From an uncultured delta proteobacterium (GTDB lineage: Bacteria > Desulfobacterota > Desulfobacteria > Desulfobacterales > Desulfosalsimonadaceae): DNA of 64,000 nucleotides. Under the pieces are notes generated by a model. It had not been told where the DNA came from, searched no databases, and was given only the letters and a program-made list of their open reading frames with translations. The DNA is taken from NCBI GenBank assembly GCA_963826785.1, contig CAWGYD010000008.1:192001-256000 (forward strand). The letters run 5' to 3'. The first letter of the stretch is position 1. The number at the start of each line of letters is the position of its first letter. The position numbers and the translations under genes are program-made. Shown in pieces: positions 22,042 through 31,464 of the stretch.

Positions 22042-22961
22042 ATGCCGCGCTACTGGGTCATGGCTCCCGTTGAGTCGAAGCCGTCAGGTCTGTTCGACGC
22101 AGTATGGCAATTCGACCGTGACCAGAACGTGATATCTATCGGCTGGAGCCAACTTGGCGATATCACGGGCATGACCAGTGAAGAATTGGCCCAGGCTGTC
22201 GCAGCATCATATCCAGACAAGCCGCCACAGACCAAGGGGCTATACACAAACATGTTGTGGGCGTTCTACCACGAGATGCTTCCCGGTGACTACGTGATAG
22301 CACGGCGCGGCCGGAAGACCCTTGCCGGTGTGGGCAGGTTCCCGGACCCGCCGCATACGCGCCGGGCCGGAACTCGCCCGTCAATCATCCGGGGTTCATC
22401 GACGTTGCTTGGCAAGAGCAGCCCCGTGACAAGACGTTTCCCACGATTGTCTTTCCCATGCATACACTGGCGGAGTTTTCGGGGGAGCAATTCCGCAGCA
22501 TTGTAGAGGGCTCTGGCCCTCCCATTGCCCCACCGGGTGACGAACCCGAAGTCGAAGACCCGAGCGAGTTCGTTCTGGAGAAATATCTTGAAGACTTCAT
22601 CGTCAGTAACTTCGCGACGATCTTCAAAGGACACTTGCGGATTTTCGAAGATGCGGAAGGGAACGACGGTCAGCAGTATGCGACCGACATCGGCCCCATC
22701 GACATACTGGCAGTCGATGCACAGTCCAAAGCATTAGTCGTGATTGAGCTGAAGAAGGGACGGCCCTCCGACAGAGTCGTCGGGCAGATCCTACGGTACA
22801 TGGGATGGGTGAAGAGGAATCTGTGTTCTAATGGACAGATGGTGAAGGGGTTGATCATCTGTCGTGACCACGATCCAAAACTGAGCTATGCCCTGGAAAT
22901 GACAAACAACATCGACGTGCGATACTACAATGTGTCGTTCAAATTGAGAGAGAATCCCTAA
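22042..22961 (+). CDS. Cassette 3: N-terminal EVE/PUA-like domain fused to NucS-like PD-(D/E)XK endonuclease; frameshift near 22340
   Basis: YWVMAP..ISIGW..GDYVIAR; LEKYLEDFI, IDILAVD, VIELKKG, GQILRYMGWV. Confidence 0.75.
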
Positions 22962-23044
22962 CCAGAGCGTGGAGCGCGACTTCGGGCTAGCCGCGCCGCT
23001 ACGCTCTGCGGCCAACCCGAAGCGGCTCACGCTCGACGTTATGC
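22956..23044 (+). other. attC site 3
   Basis: CCCTAAC...GTTATGC; stem GAGCGTGGAGC..TTCGGG / CCCGAA..GCTCACGCTC. Confidence 0.85.
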
Positions 23045-23069
23045 TAACAAATTTTTACCAGAGGAATAA

Positions 23070-24296
23070 ATGGCAGCAGAAGTTCAGAGCACGATCAAAC
23101 CATTAATTATGCAATTTTTAAATGAGTTAATGAAGAATTATTGGGGACCTCTTTATCATCATATTAAAAATAATTCAGAGTTGATGCTCACAGTTCCAGG
23201 GTTTTTGTTAGATCTTGAGAAAATAATTGTATTTGTCGGAAGAACACATATCGCAGTAGAATATATAGGCTCTGAAGTGTTGCAAGAGCTCAAGTCATTA
23301 GGGGAACTCGAAGTGCAATATCATGATTATTCTGTAAAAGACTGTAATCTCCTTGAGCAAGTCATTGGTTTCGAATATGACTCGACTTCAAACGTTCGAA
23401 TGCAGCTAACACCTGTAAGTGTTGATTATCTTTTCCCGACCAACCGTGGGTGGGATAAACTTTCTGAATTGGGCTGGAATTTTGCAGCACAAAATAGCGT
23501 CATGGGATTCAATATACCTTGTCCAGAACCTATTCCAGGTAAGTTTCATAGAATTGTTAATGGAATGTTTTTTGACGCTGATGAATCGGGGTTGAAATCA
23601 AGGCATATTAAATGGTTAGACTTTTTTCCTATCCTGTTTGATGGGAGTGATACAGAGTTTGATACCATCTCTTTTAGCTTAGAAAAAATAAAAAATTTAG
23701 TAGAGCAAGATGCAAATTACCAATATCCACTTCCTGATGACTATAAGTTCAAACAACTACCAAAGATAAATCGTTTTTTAGAATTATGGGGAAATTCCAA
23801 TAGCACAGAAACGGATATCACTACTTTTTTGGCAAAAGAAGAGAATGAATTTATCCTAACCATGAAATTCGGGGCAAAAGAAATTTATCCTGAGTTGACC
23901 TGTGAATGGCAGAGCACTGAAAGGGATGACATAAGGCCAGATTTCTTTGTTGTGCAGCCAAATGGTTATGCTGACATCGTTGAATTCAAACTTCCCAATA
24001 TTAATAAAAATTTTATCGTTGGAAGTAAAAACAGGGAAACTTTTTCTGCATGGCTAAATTCATATATATCTCAGACGCGTGTTTATAGAACTTATTTCGA
24101 TGACCCGAATAATAGAAAATGGTTCGAAGATAAATATGGCTTTAAAGTTCACAACCCGCGCCGATGGCTTGTGGTAGGCCGCAGAAATGATTTTGACTCT
24201 GACATATGGAGGGAAATCATAGCAGATTATAAAGACATAGAGATATTAACTTTTGATGATTTAATCGATGGTGTAGTTGTTCAATTTTACAAGTAA
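23070..24296 (+). CDS. Cassette 4: Shedu-like (DUF4263/SduA) anti-phage nuclease with unrecognised N-terminal domain
   Basis: RPDFFV..IVEFKLP..SQ..Y..NPRRWLVVGRR..IEILTFDDL. Confidence 0.75.
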   Translation: MAAEVQSTIKPLIMQFLNELMKNYWGPLYHHIKNNSELMLTVPGFLLDLEKIIVFVGRTHIAVEYIGSEVLQELKSLGELEVQYHDYSVKDCNLLEQVIGFEYDSTSNVRMQLTPVSVDYLFPTNRGWDKLSELGWNFAAQNSVMGFNIPCPEPIPGKFHRIVNGMFFDADESGLKSRHIKWLDFFPILFDGSDTEFDTISFSLEKIKNLVEQDANYQYPLPDDYKFKQLPKINRFLELWGNSNSTETDITTFLAKEENEFILTMKFGAKEIYPELTCEWQSTERDDIRPDFFVVQPNGYADIVEFKLPNINKNFIVGSKNRETFSAWLNSYISQTRVYRTYFDDPNNRKWFEDKYGFKVHNPRRWLVVGRRNDFDSDIWREIIADYKDIEILTFDDLIDGVVVQFYK

Positions 24297-24314
24297 TCAA
24301 TTTATAAATATTTT

Positions 24315-24402
24315 GCATAACCTGCGGCTCCACGCGACCGCGGGCCAGCGCAGTCATTTATCATAGGGCATAGGCGCGGTCGCGTGAGCCTATGCGTTGG
24401 CA
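24315..24402 (+). other. attC site 4
   Basis: GCATAAC (perfect complement of the cassette-start GTTATGC)...GTTGGCA; stem GGCTCCACGCGACCGCG / CGCGGTCGCGTGAGCC. Confidence 0.88.
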
Positions 24403-24445
24403 AGCAATCAATGATGACAACATGCATATAAAAAAGAGGCTGAAC

Positions 24446-25423
24446 ATGGATAATAATATACCGTTTCGCGACTTAGGGGATAAACTTCTTTCATTGCCTG
24501 AGCGTGGGGCTGTTACAAACTACGAGTTGGTTCACCTTTTGGAAACAAGTATGCCAAACGTGTCGAATGCATGGACGCATGTGGTTCCGGCACTGGCCAA
24601 GTATGCCAAGCATGAAGGTAAACGAAGCCTTTTGGGGCACGATAAAGGAGAGACTGCATATCGAGAATTGGAAGAGAAGCTTTATCTTGTGATTTTGGGT
24701 CTCTATGGAGATAATCTGCTATCTCAAGGAGCAAACATCAAGGAATGTCTATTGACCTTACTCCGTTCACTTGTCTCATTCAAAGAAGCTTATCCAAATT
24801 GGGGCGACGCCTATTCTGCTGGTTATAGGGTGTTCGTGGAAGGAAAAGATGAGATAAGTTCCATTTTGGATCGGCACCAATGTGCCGTGGAGGCCAAACT
24901 CTTCAAATTACGCAAGCCAGTTAAAGAATTATCCAGAAAGACACTTTTGGAAAAGGCTCAGGATGCTCCGATTTCGTTACGTATTTTAATGGATAGCTTA
25001 CAGAACAGACTTGAACGAGACTATCATCAGGTTCTCCTTCTGCGCAGATGGGATACTTTCTCGTTCGCTGGCACGGTTGCAGGTTGTGTTGGCCTTGCGT
25101 TACGGCTGCACTTTGACGTTCCTGAACGGGAAAGGACTTCTATTGAACTGGCGATGAGAGACGTGCTTCAAAAAAGGTTCCCAGAAGCTGAGCAGGTATA
25201 TGGGGATTGCAATAGATTTTTGACTGAGAGCCTTGCGGAGATCCCTCGAGCAGAACGCGGGAAACACTTATTCGTCCTGCTTGGGCTTTGGGTTTTTGCC
25301 ACCGTAGCCGACGGAGAGACGGTGGAGAAAGAAGAATGGATTGTGGGGCAAATAGCCGAAATGCTTCAGAATGAAACTATTGGATTTTGGAAACAACCTT
25401 ATCCATCTTATTCAGATGCATGA
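24446..25423 (+). CDS. Cassette 5: hypothetical protein (~325 aa, probably all-helical)
   Basis: Intact ORF with GAGG RBS between two attC sites. Confidence 0.7.
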   Translation: MDNNIPFRDLGDKLLSLPERGAVTNYELVHLLETSMPNVSNAWTHVVPALAKYAKHEGKRSLLGHDKGETAYRELEEKLYLVILGLYGDNLLSQGANIKECLLTLLRSLVSFKEAYPNWGDAYSAGYRVFVEGKDEISSILDRHQCAVEAKLFKLRKPVKELSRKTLLEKAQDAPISLRILMDSLQNRLERDYHQVLLLRRWDTFSFAGTVAGCVGLALRLHFDVPERERTSIELAMRDVLQKRFPEAEQVYGDCNRFLTESLAEIPRAERGKHLFVLLGLWVFATVADGETVEKEEWIVGQIAEMLQNETIGFWKQPYPSYSDA

Positions 25424-25426
25424 AAT

Positions 25427-25500
25427 GCCCAACAAGGCAAATTAACTCGGATGCAAACTCCGCTGCACTCCATTTGCACCGGTTATTTGCGACGTTATCA
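25427..25500 (+). other. attC site 5
   Basis: GCCCAAC...GTTATCA; stem GCAAATTAAC.CGG.TGCAAA / TTTGCACCGGTTATTTGC. Confidence 0.8.
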
Positions 25501-25547
25501 AAGAGGAATAGGCATGTAATCAAGTATATCTGAAAGTGAAAATCAGA

Positions 25548-25869
25548 TTGAAAATCTTGATTTCCGCATACGAACAGGCGGAGTTGATAAGGAAGCTGAT
25601 TGCCGGAAGAGTTGCCGTTTTCTCCAACATCCCTGTCCGTTTTAAAGGAAATCATGTTCATCAAGCAGACTGGCCGCGGGATTTTATACGGCAAGACAGG
25701 ATCGGGGGCCGATGATCACGGGGCTTTCGTCCTGGGATGGTTTGTCGGCTTCGTCATCAGCAATGACGATGCATATTCTTTCGCGTGCATTGCGGAAGGA
25801 GAAAATGTCATGGGCACGGACGTCCGCGGCATGGTTGAAATTATTCTGGAGAAACAGGGATTCCTGTAG
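25548..25869 (+). pseudogene. Cassette 6: C-terminal fragment of class D beta-lactamase / BlaR-like transpeptidase
   Basis: ISAYEQAELIRKL / ELPFS...LYGKTGSG...GWFVGFV; no SxxK-bearing N-terminal half. Confidence 0.7.
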
Positions 25870-25878
25870 CAGATCAAT

Positions 25879-25935
25879 GCCGAACAGGCCGGACGCATGC
25901 GACGGAATACAGCCGCGCGCGGCATTCCATTAGGT
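25879..25935 (+). other. Degenerate attC site 6
   Basis: GCCGAAC...ATTAGGT (G>A in core). Confidence 0.4.
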
Positions 25936-25946
25936 GAGTTGACTTC

Positions 25947-27002
25947 ATGAAATTGCAAGATCTGGGTTTCGACCCTTGGTTTGAGCCATACATCAGCGAG
26001 CTGCAGCAGGCGGGGCGCGGCATTGCCCGCATATCGGCGGTTGACCGCGGGTCATACCGCATCAGAAATGAAGCCGCAGAAGTTTCGGCCGAACTCGCGG
26101 GGAGGCTTTCTTACCAGGCTGAAAGCCCCGCCGACCTGCCATGCGTCGGAGACTGGGTGACGGTGCAGTATTATAATGATGACACGGAGGCGATCATCCA
26201 CGGGGTGTTTCCGCGAAAGACGTTTCTTCGCCGCAAGACCGCCGGTCAGAATGTCGAGTTTCAGATGATTGCAGCCAACATCGACACGGCGTTTATCGTT
26301 CAGTCCTGCCATTTCGACTTCAATCCGCGGCGGATGGACCGCTACCTGGTGATGGCAGCCGATGGAAAAGTCGAGCCGATCGTCATCCTCACCAAGACGG
26401 ATTTGATCAGCCGTGAAGAACTGGAACAGAAGCTTGCCATCACCCGGTCAACCGCGATGACGGCCAGCGTCATTGCGCTGAGCAGCCTCAGCGGTGACGG
26501 GTTTGACGAGTTTAAGGGGATGCTCGCCCCGGGAAAGACCTATTGCCTGCTGGGTTCATCGGGCGTCGGGAAGACCACGCTCATCAACCGCCTGATCGGC
26601 CAGGATGCTTTTGACACAAAGGCCGTCAGCGCAACGGGAGAAGGCACCCACACGACGTCGCGCCGGCAGCTCATCGTACTTGGCCAGGGCGCCATGTTGG
26701 TGGATACGCCCGGAATGCGGGAACTGGGGCTTTTGGGCGCCGGAGACGGGGTCGATCAGGGCTTTGAAGATATTCTCCTGCTTTCCCAAAACTGCCGCTA
26801 TACCAATTGCAGCCATGAACACGCGTCCGGCTGTGCAGTGCAGGCTGCGGTAAAAAGCGGTGAATTGAATGAAGATCGTTACGCCAGCTACATGAAGCTC
26901 AAGAAGGAATCCGATTTTCACGAGATGTCTTACCTGGACAAACGCAAGAAGGACAAAGCATTCGGACGTTTCATTAAATCGGTCAAAAAGCAGATAAAAT
27001 AA
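25947..27002 (+). CDS. rsgA: Ribosome small subunit-dependent GTPase A
   Basis: VGDWV, TKTD, GSSGVGKTT, HTT, DTPG, CRYTNCSHEHASGC. Confidence 0.92.
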   Translation: MKLQDLGFDPWFEPYISELQQAGRGIARISAVDRGSYRIRNEAAEVSAELAGRLSYQAESPADLPCVGDWVTVQYYNDDTEAIIHGVFPRKTFLRRKTAGQNVEFQMIAANIDTAFIVQSCHFDFNPRRMDRYLVMAADGKVEPIVILTKTDLISREELEQKLAITRSTAMTASVIALSSLSGDGFDEFKGMLAPGKTYCLLGSSGVGKTTLINRLIGQDAFDTKAVSATGEGTHTTSRRQLIVLGQGAMLVDTPGMRELGLLGAGDGVDQGFEDILLLSQNCRYTNCSHEHASGCAVQAAVKSGELNEDRYASYMKLKKESDFHEMSYLDKRKKDKAFGRFIKSVKKQIK

Positions 27003-27019
27003 GGGATCGACCCTGATTT

Positions 27020-27540
27020 TGGCATGGGGGCATGCCTGGATGACTTTTAAGGACTTAACTTCGGCAATCAGAGTAAGCGACTTTTTTTTTGTTATCCGCA
27101 GGTCCGACACCCCCCTTGGTCCCCCCTCGCAGGGGGGAATGGCATTCGTATTCCGCAAAGGTGGACAGTGATTCCCTTGGTTCCCTTGGCAGGGGGGAAT
27201 AAAAATGGCGGTCCCCCTGGAGGCGGGCGGTCGGACACCCCCCTGCGCCCCCCTCAAGGGGGGAATGAGGGAAGGGCTGCCCCCCTCGATCGCTTTTCTA
27301 TCCCCCCTCGATCGCTTTCTCTATCCCCCCTCGATCGCTTTTCTATCCCCCCTCGATCGCTTTTCTATCCTTCCTCGATCGCTTTTCTATCCTTCCTCGA
27401 TCGCTTTTATCCTTCCTCGAGAATACGCTTTCCAATTCCCCCCTCGAGGGGGGCCAGGGGGGTGTACTGGCGGCGGCCGTTAGGATTAAAAAGTTGTTTA
27501 CTGCAAAAGCACCGCGCAGCGGGGTGGAGCGCTTCTAAAA
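27020..27540 (-). repeat. Composite dispersed repeat: conserved arms + REP-like hairpins + about 6-7 tandem ~20-bp units CCTCGATCGCTTTTCTATCC
   Basis: Arms match those at 42685-42950 and 57205-57590 in opposite orientation. Confidence 0.75.
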
Positions 27541-27637
27541 AAGCGCGGATCGGTAAATTCCATTATACGGACAGACGATCTTGCCCCATCACGGGTACCC
27601 TTGACACCCGCGCCTTCCCAGACTAAAGTATAGGCTT

Positions 27638-29005
27638 ATGAGCGGCATAACGGATATCTATAAACTAATCGCATCGAAAGTAATGGGGCTGTTTTCGGAA
27701 CAGCTTTTAAAGCCTGCCCAGCGGTTTTTCTCCCATGAGGCCATGAGCAGTGTCCTGCTGCTGGCTGCCGCAACTGCAGCCATACTCCTTGCCAATTCCC
27801 AGTGGCGCACGGCCTACGAGCATCTCATCCACACGGAAATATCCTTTGGCCTGGGCACCATCCAAATCACCAAATCCCTGTTTCACTGGGTAAATGACGG
27901 GCTGATGGCCCTGTTCTTCTTCACGGTGGGACTGGAAATCAAGCGCGAGATGATGGTGGGTGAGCTCTCTTCATTCAGGCGGGCGATTTTCCCGGCTGTG
28001 GCCGCCATAGGGGGGATGATTGTCCCCGCCGTTATCTACGGGGCGTTTACCCACGGCACCCCGTACACCGACGGCTGGGGAATCCCGATGGCCACCGATA
28101 TCGCCTTTGCGCTCGGGGCGGTGGCGGTTTTCGGAAAGCGGCTTCCGGCCGGGCTGCGGGTCTTTCTTGCCGCATTCGCCATTGCCGACGACATGGGGGC
28201 GGTCATGGTGATCGCTCTTTTTTACACCAAGACCATTGTCTGGATGAACCTGCTGATCTGCATCGGGTTCATCGTGATTCTTGCCATCGTCAACCTGTTG
28301 TGGGTGCGCCATACGCTCATCTATGCGCTGCTGGGTCTCGGGGTGTGGATTTCGGTGCTCGGTTCCGGCGTACACCCCACGGTGGCCGGGGTGATCGTCT
28401 CTTTGTTCATCCCCGCCCGGGGCAAGCTCGATACCGACCTGTTCATTAAAAACATACGTAGCCATCTGGATGCCTTCGAATGCGAAGAGCAGAGCTGCGG
28501 CTTTTCCATCCTGCTCAACAACAATCACCTTAACGCGGTTCAGTCCATCGAGATTGATTGCCACAACGTGGAAACCCCCCTCCAGCGGCTCGAACACGCC
28601 CTCCACCCATGGGTGGCGTTTGTTATCCTTCCCCTGTTTGCCTTCTGTAATTCCGGGCTCGATTTTCACGGACTGAGTTTATCCGCAATGATCCTTCATC
28701 CGGTCACCCTGGGTGTGATTACCGGGCTGGTTGTCGGCAAGCCCATAGGGATCCTGCTGTTTGCCTTCCTGGCCGTCAAGACCGGCCTGGCCGCCCTGCC
28801 CCGCGGCATCCGGTGGGGGCACATCTTCGGCGCGTCCCTGCTGGGCGGCATCGGCTTTACCATGTCGCTGTTTATATCGGAACTTTCCTTTTCCGCCATC
28901 GAACTGCTGGATCATGCCAAATTCGGGATATTTGCCGGCTCCATTCTGGCGGCAACCCTCGGGATCGGCTATTTGTATTTCGAATCCGTCAGGGAAAGGA
29001 CATAA
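27638..29005 (+). CDS. nhaA: Na+/H+ antiporter NhaA
   Basis: WVNDGLM, GLEIKRE, ATDIAF, AIADD, GIGFTMSLFI. Confidence 0.95.
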   Translation: MSGITDIYKLIASKVMGLFSEQLLKPAQRFFSHEAMSSVLLLAAATAAILLANSQWRTAYEHLIHTEISFGLGTIQITKSLFHWVNDGLMALFFFTVGLEIKREMMVGELSSFRRAIFPAVAAIGGMIVPAVIYGAFTHGTPYTDGWGIPMATDIAFALGAVAVFGKRLPAGLRVFLAAFAIADDMGAVMVIALFYTKTIVWMNLLICIGFIVILAIVNLLWVRHTLIYALLGLGVWISVLGSGVHPTVAGVIVSLFIPARGKLDTDLFIKNIRSHLDAFECEEQSCGFSILLNNNHLNAVQSIEIDCHNVETPLQRLEHALHPWVAFVILPLFAFCNSGLDFHGLSLSAMILHPVTLGVITGLVVGKPIGILLFAFLAVKTGLAALPRGIRWGHIFGASLLGGIGFTMSLFISELSFSAIELLDHAKFGIFAGSILAATLGIGYLYFESVRERT

Positions 29006-29067
29006 AGCGGATTATACGGGTTTTTGGGGAGGATGCCGGTCCTTGCAGATCACAGCATGTGCCCCCT

Positions 29068-30147
29068 TTAGTTTCGTCCGTAAATATGGGGTCGTTTGAA
29101 GCGGAAAAAATCTTCCTTTTCCTCGAGTTCAATGGTTTTGGCTTCATCCTGGAAATATTTCGCCCTGAGCGCCTGGAGCTGTTCCTCCTGCTGCGCTCCT
29201 TCGAATTGAGATGCGATTGCTTCACGCTCCTGCATGTACTTCAAGCCGGTTTCCCATCGCCGGCTGCGATCCGCGTCCAGTACCTCCATGTTTTCAATTT
29301 CTTCTTCTGAAAACCCCATCTCCCTGCGGACCTGGTTGATTTTAAACTGGCGCTGCTCCGGGCTCAATGCGGTAAGTTCTTCCTGGACCGAATCGATGCT
29401 GAAAAAAACTTTGGCCAGCATGAAGTGCTGATCCAGTACATGGGCATCGGCTGAATTTTCATACGTCTGGCGAAGCGCATCCTGATACATATCGAGTTTC
29501 TCCTCGATGGTCATGTCCCGGGATTCACCCAGAACCGACATGATGTCCTGCATGGCCCCGGTTCTGGCTTCCGTGGCCAGAAGCTCTCCGGTCCATATTT
29601 CCTCCGCATCTTCGCCGAACAGCTCATGACGTTTTTCCCACAGGGCGTTTAATCGCTCCAGGGCGGTCATAGAGGCTAAAAACCCTTCATTATCTGCCAG
29701 CCAGCGCTCATATTCTTCCAACTTATCAATGGTTGCCATGATTTGATCGGCCAGATCCGGAAAAGCGCGCTTGAGAATCATATAGAATTTTGCCCTTCCA
29801 TCTTCTCCGGGGAATAAAGAGCTGACGTATTTTTTTACATCCAGAAGCGCGGCCTGGGTGCTGATGCTGGATATGGTTTTACCGTAATTTCGCTGCAGTT
29901 CCAGGACAAGCCGGTCTTCAATCGATGCATTGGGCATTTCCGGTTTCATCGGCGTTGTTTCCGCATCATCGTATCCAACAGGCAGCACCGGGGAAGCGGC
30001 CACCCGGGATGGGGTCGACTGGACAGGCATAATGGCGGTCATATCCTGCTCCGGTTCGGATAAGATGAAACAGGCCAAACCGATCACCATTGCCAATACG
30101 ATGCCAATGATCCCTGAGATGATTTTATTGCCGCGGCTGATCTTCAT
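29068..30147 (-). CDS. Membrane-anchored helical protein resembling a lipase chaperone (Lif/LimK-like)
   Basis: N-terminal TM; C-terminal W..YMQEREAI..QEEQLQALRAKYF pattern; directly downstream of an SGNH lipase. Confidence 0.5.
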   Translation of the reverse strand: MKISRGNKIISGIIGIVLAMVIGLACFILSEPEQDMTAIMPVQSTPSRVAASPVLPVGYDDAETTPMKPEMPNASIEDRLVLELQRNYGKTISSISTQAALLDVKKYVSSLFPGEDGRAKFYMILKRAFPDLADQIMATIDKLEEYERWLADNEGFLASMTALERLNALWEKRHELFGEDAEEIWTGELLATEARTGAMQDIMSVLGESRDMTIEEKLDMYQDALRQTYENSADAHVLDQHFMLAKVFFSIDSVQEELTALSPEQRQFKINQVRREMGFSEEEIENMEVLDADRSRRWETGLKYMQEREAIASQFEGAQQEEQLQALRAKYFQDEAKTIELEEKEDFFRFKRPHIYGRN

Positions 30148-30256
30148 GTGCAACTCCGTGTATACTGCATTTTTTTTGCCGTTGACCCGATCCTGAGTAT
30201 TGAAACCCGTTTTTAGACAAATAGCCGGAGAACGATATTTCATCAATCATCAAATC

Positions 30257-30296
30257 AAAAAAAACCCTCATCCAAAAGGAGCTTTTTGGATGAGGG
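30257..30296 (-). terminator. Rho-independent terminator after the SGNH hydrolase gene
   Basis: CCCTCATCCAAAA / TTTTGGATGAGGG stem followed by an 8-U tract on the minus strand. Confidence 0.75.
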
Positions 30297-30351
30297 CATG
30301 TTGCGCTTGTATTCGGGCGTTTTGGGGTGAAAATCGACGCCCCTGAAATAA

Positions 30352-31110
30352 TTAATAGGGCAAATATTTGAGTTTGGCCCAGATCAGGCCGGCAAGCTTT
30401 TTCGATCCCGAATCAGCCGGATGAACACCGTCGATAATGATATCGGAATTGACGATGCTGCTTCTCGGATCGATGAATACGCGATTATTGTTCGCGGCTG
30501 TGGCATTGGTGACGGCAGCCTTCAGCTTCAAATCGCCGTAATCGACTGCCGCGTTCAAGGTCGTGGAACCGATCAGACCGGTTTTGATGTGGTAGTATCC
30601 AAGAAAAAGGACATTTTTGACGCCGTCGCGCCCCATCTGGTTGATCAGATTGACCGTGTCCACATATACATCGTTGATCAAATTCTTACAGGAGGAGGAA
30701 AGGCCGGATTCCCACCAGTCTTTCTTGCAGTTGTAAGGATCAAACGCCATGGTTGCGGGGATCAGGATATCATTGCCGCCGCCATCCATGATGATGGTGT
30801 CGATGAGGCTGTACTGGCTTTTGGCTTTTGCATACTGGGCAGCGACATCAAAGGAGGTGAGGATATTGCTCCCTTTTATTTCCGCTCCGGAAGTTGCATA
30901 TCTGCGAAATGTTTTGCCCGCATAGCTGTGAAGATAATCACTGATTTTGCCCGACAATGCGAATATGGAATCCCCTATATTGACGATCTTATTGTTGCCG
31001 GCACTGGTGATATTGGGAACGCTTAAAAGACTGCAGGCCCCGAAGGCAACGGAAATAAACAGGCATAGCAAAATACTGGCGATCCTTGAATTCAATAGAA
31101 TCCTTTTCAT
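30352..31110 (-). CDS. SGNH/GDSL hydrolase lipoprotein
   Basis: IGDSIF, ATSGA, GGGND, DGVHP blocks; FGAC lipobox. Confidence 0.85.
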   Translation of the reverse strand: MKRILLNSRIASILLCLFISVAFGACSLLSVPNITSAGNNKIVNIGDSIFALSGKISDYLHSYAGKTFRRYATSGAEIKGSNILTSFDVAAQYAKAKSQYSLIDTIIMDGGGNDILIPATMAFDPYNCKKDWWESGLSSSCKNLINDVYVDTVNLINQMGRDGVKNVLFLGYYHIKTGLIGSTTLNAAVDYGDLKLKAAVTNATAANNNRVFIDPRSSIVNSDIIIDGVHPADSGSKKLAGLIWAKLKYLPY

Positions 31111-31464
31111 TTTTCCCCCTTTTGATTTTTTAGAATTGAATGACATGTTTTAAACCAGGAATCCCGTCTTTGTTCCGAAATGAATCACATGCTGCTTTTT
31201 CTTTACCTGATATCTGACATGAACCGCTTACAACCTTAAAATTCAGGTTTGTTCATGTAAACAATGTTTATAACTTTCTAAAAAAATATACAATCGGGTA
31301 AAACCTGATTTTGAAATTCGAAAAACCTGATGTCATCATATGATCATGAAAAAAACTGACTTTACGAGACCGTCAATTTTCACTATCAAGAACCTATTGT
31401 TAATGCGAAAATCAATTTTCGTGCGGTTCGTGCACGTTTTCAAAAAGCAGAGCAGAGGAGCGGG

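Noticed and set aside
17230..27002. Prophage or ICE interpretation of the lexA-integrase region
   Set aside because: The integrase has integron-type N-terminal motifs and adjacent attC cassettes; no phage structural or conjugation genes
27168..27626. ORFs over repeat elements (also 10668-11139, 57138-57557)
   Set aside because: Low-complexity translations of REP-like DNA
31350..31378. GACTTTACGAGACCGTCAA as a possible MITE end
   Set aside because: No partner inverted repeat or TSD found in the window
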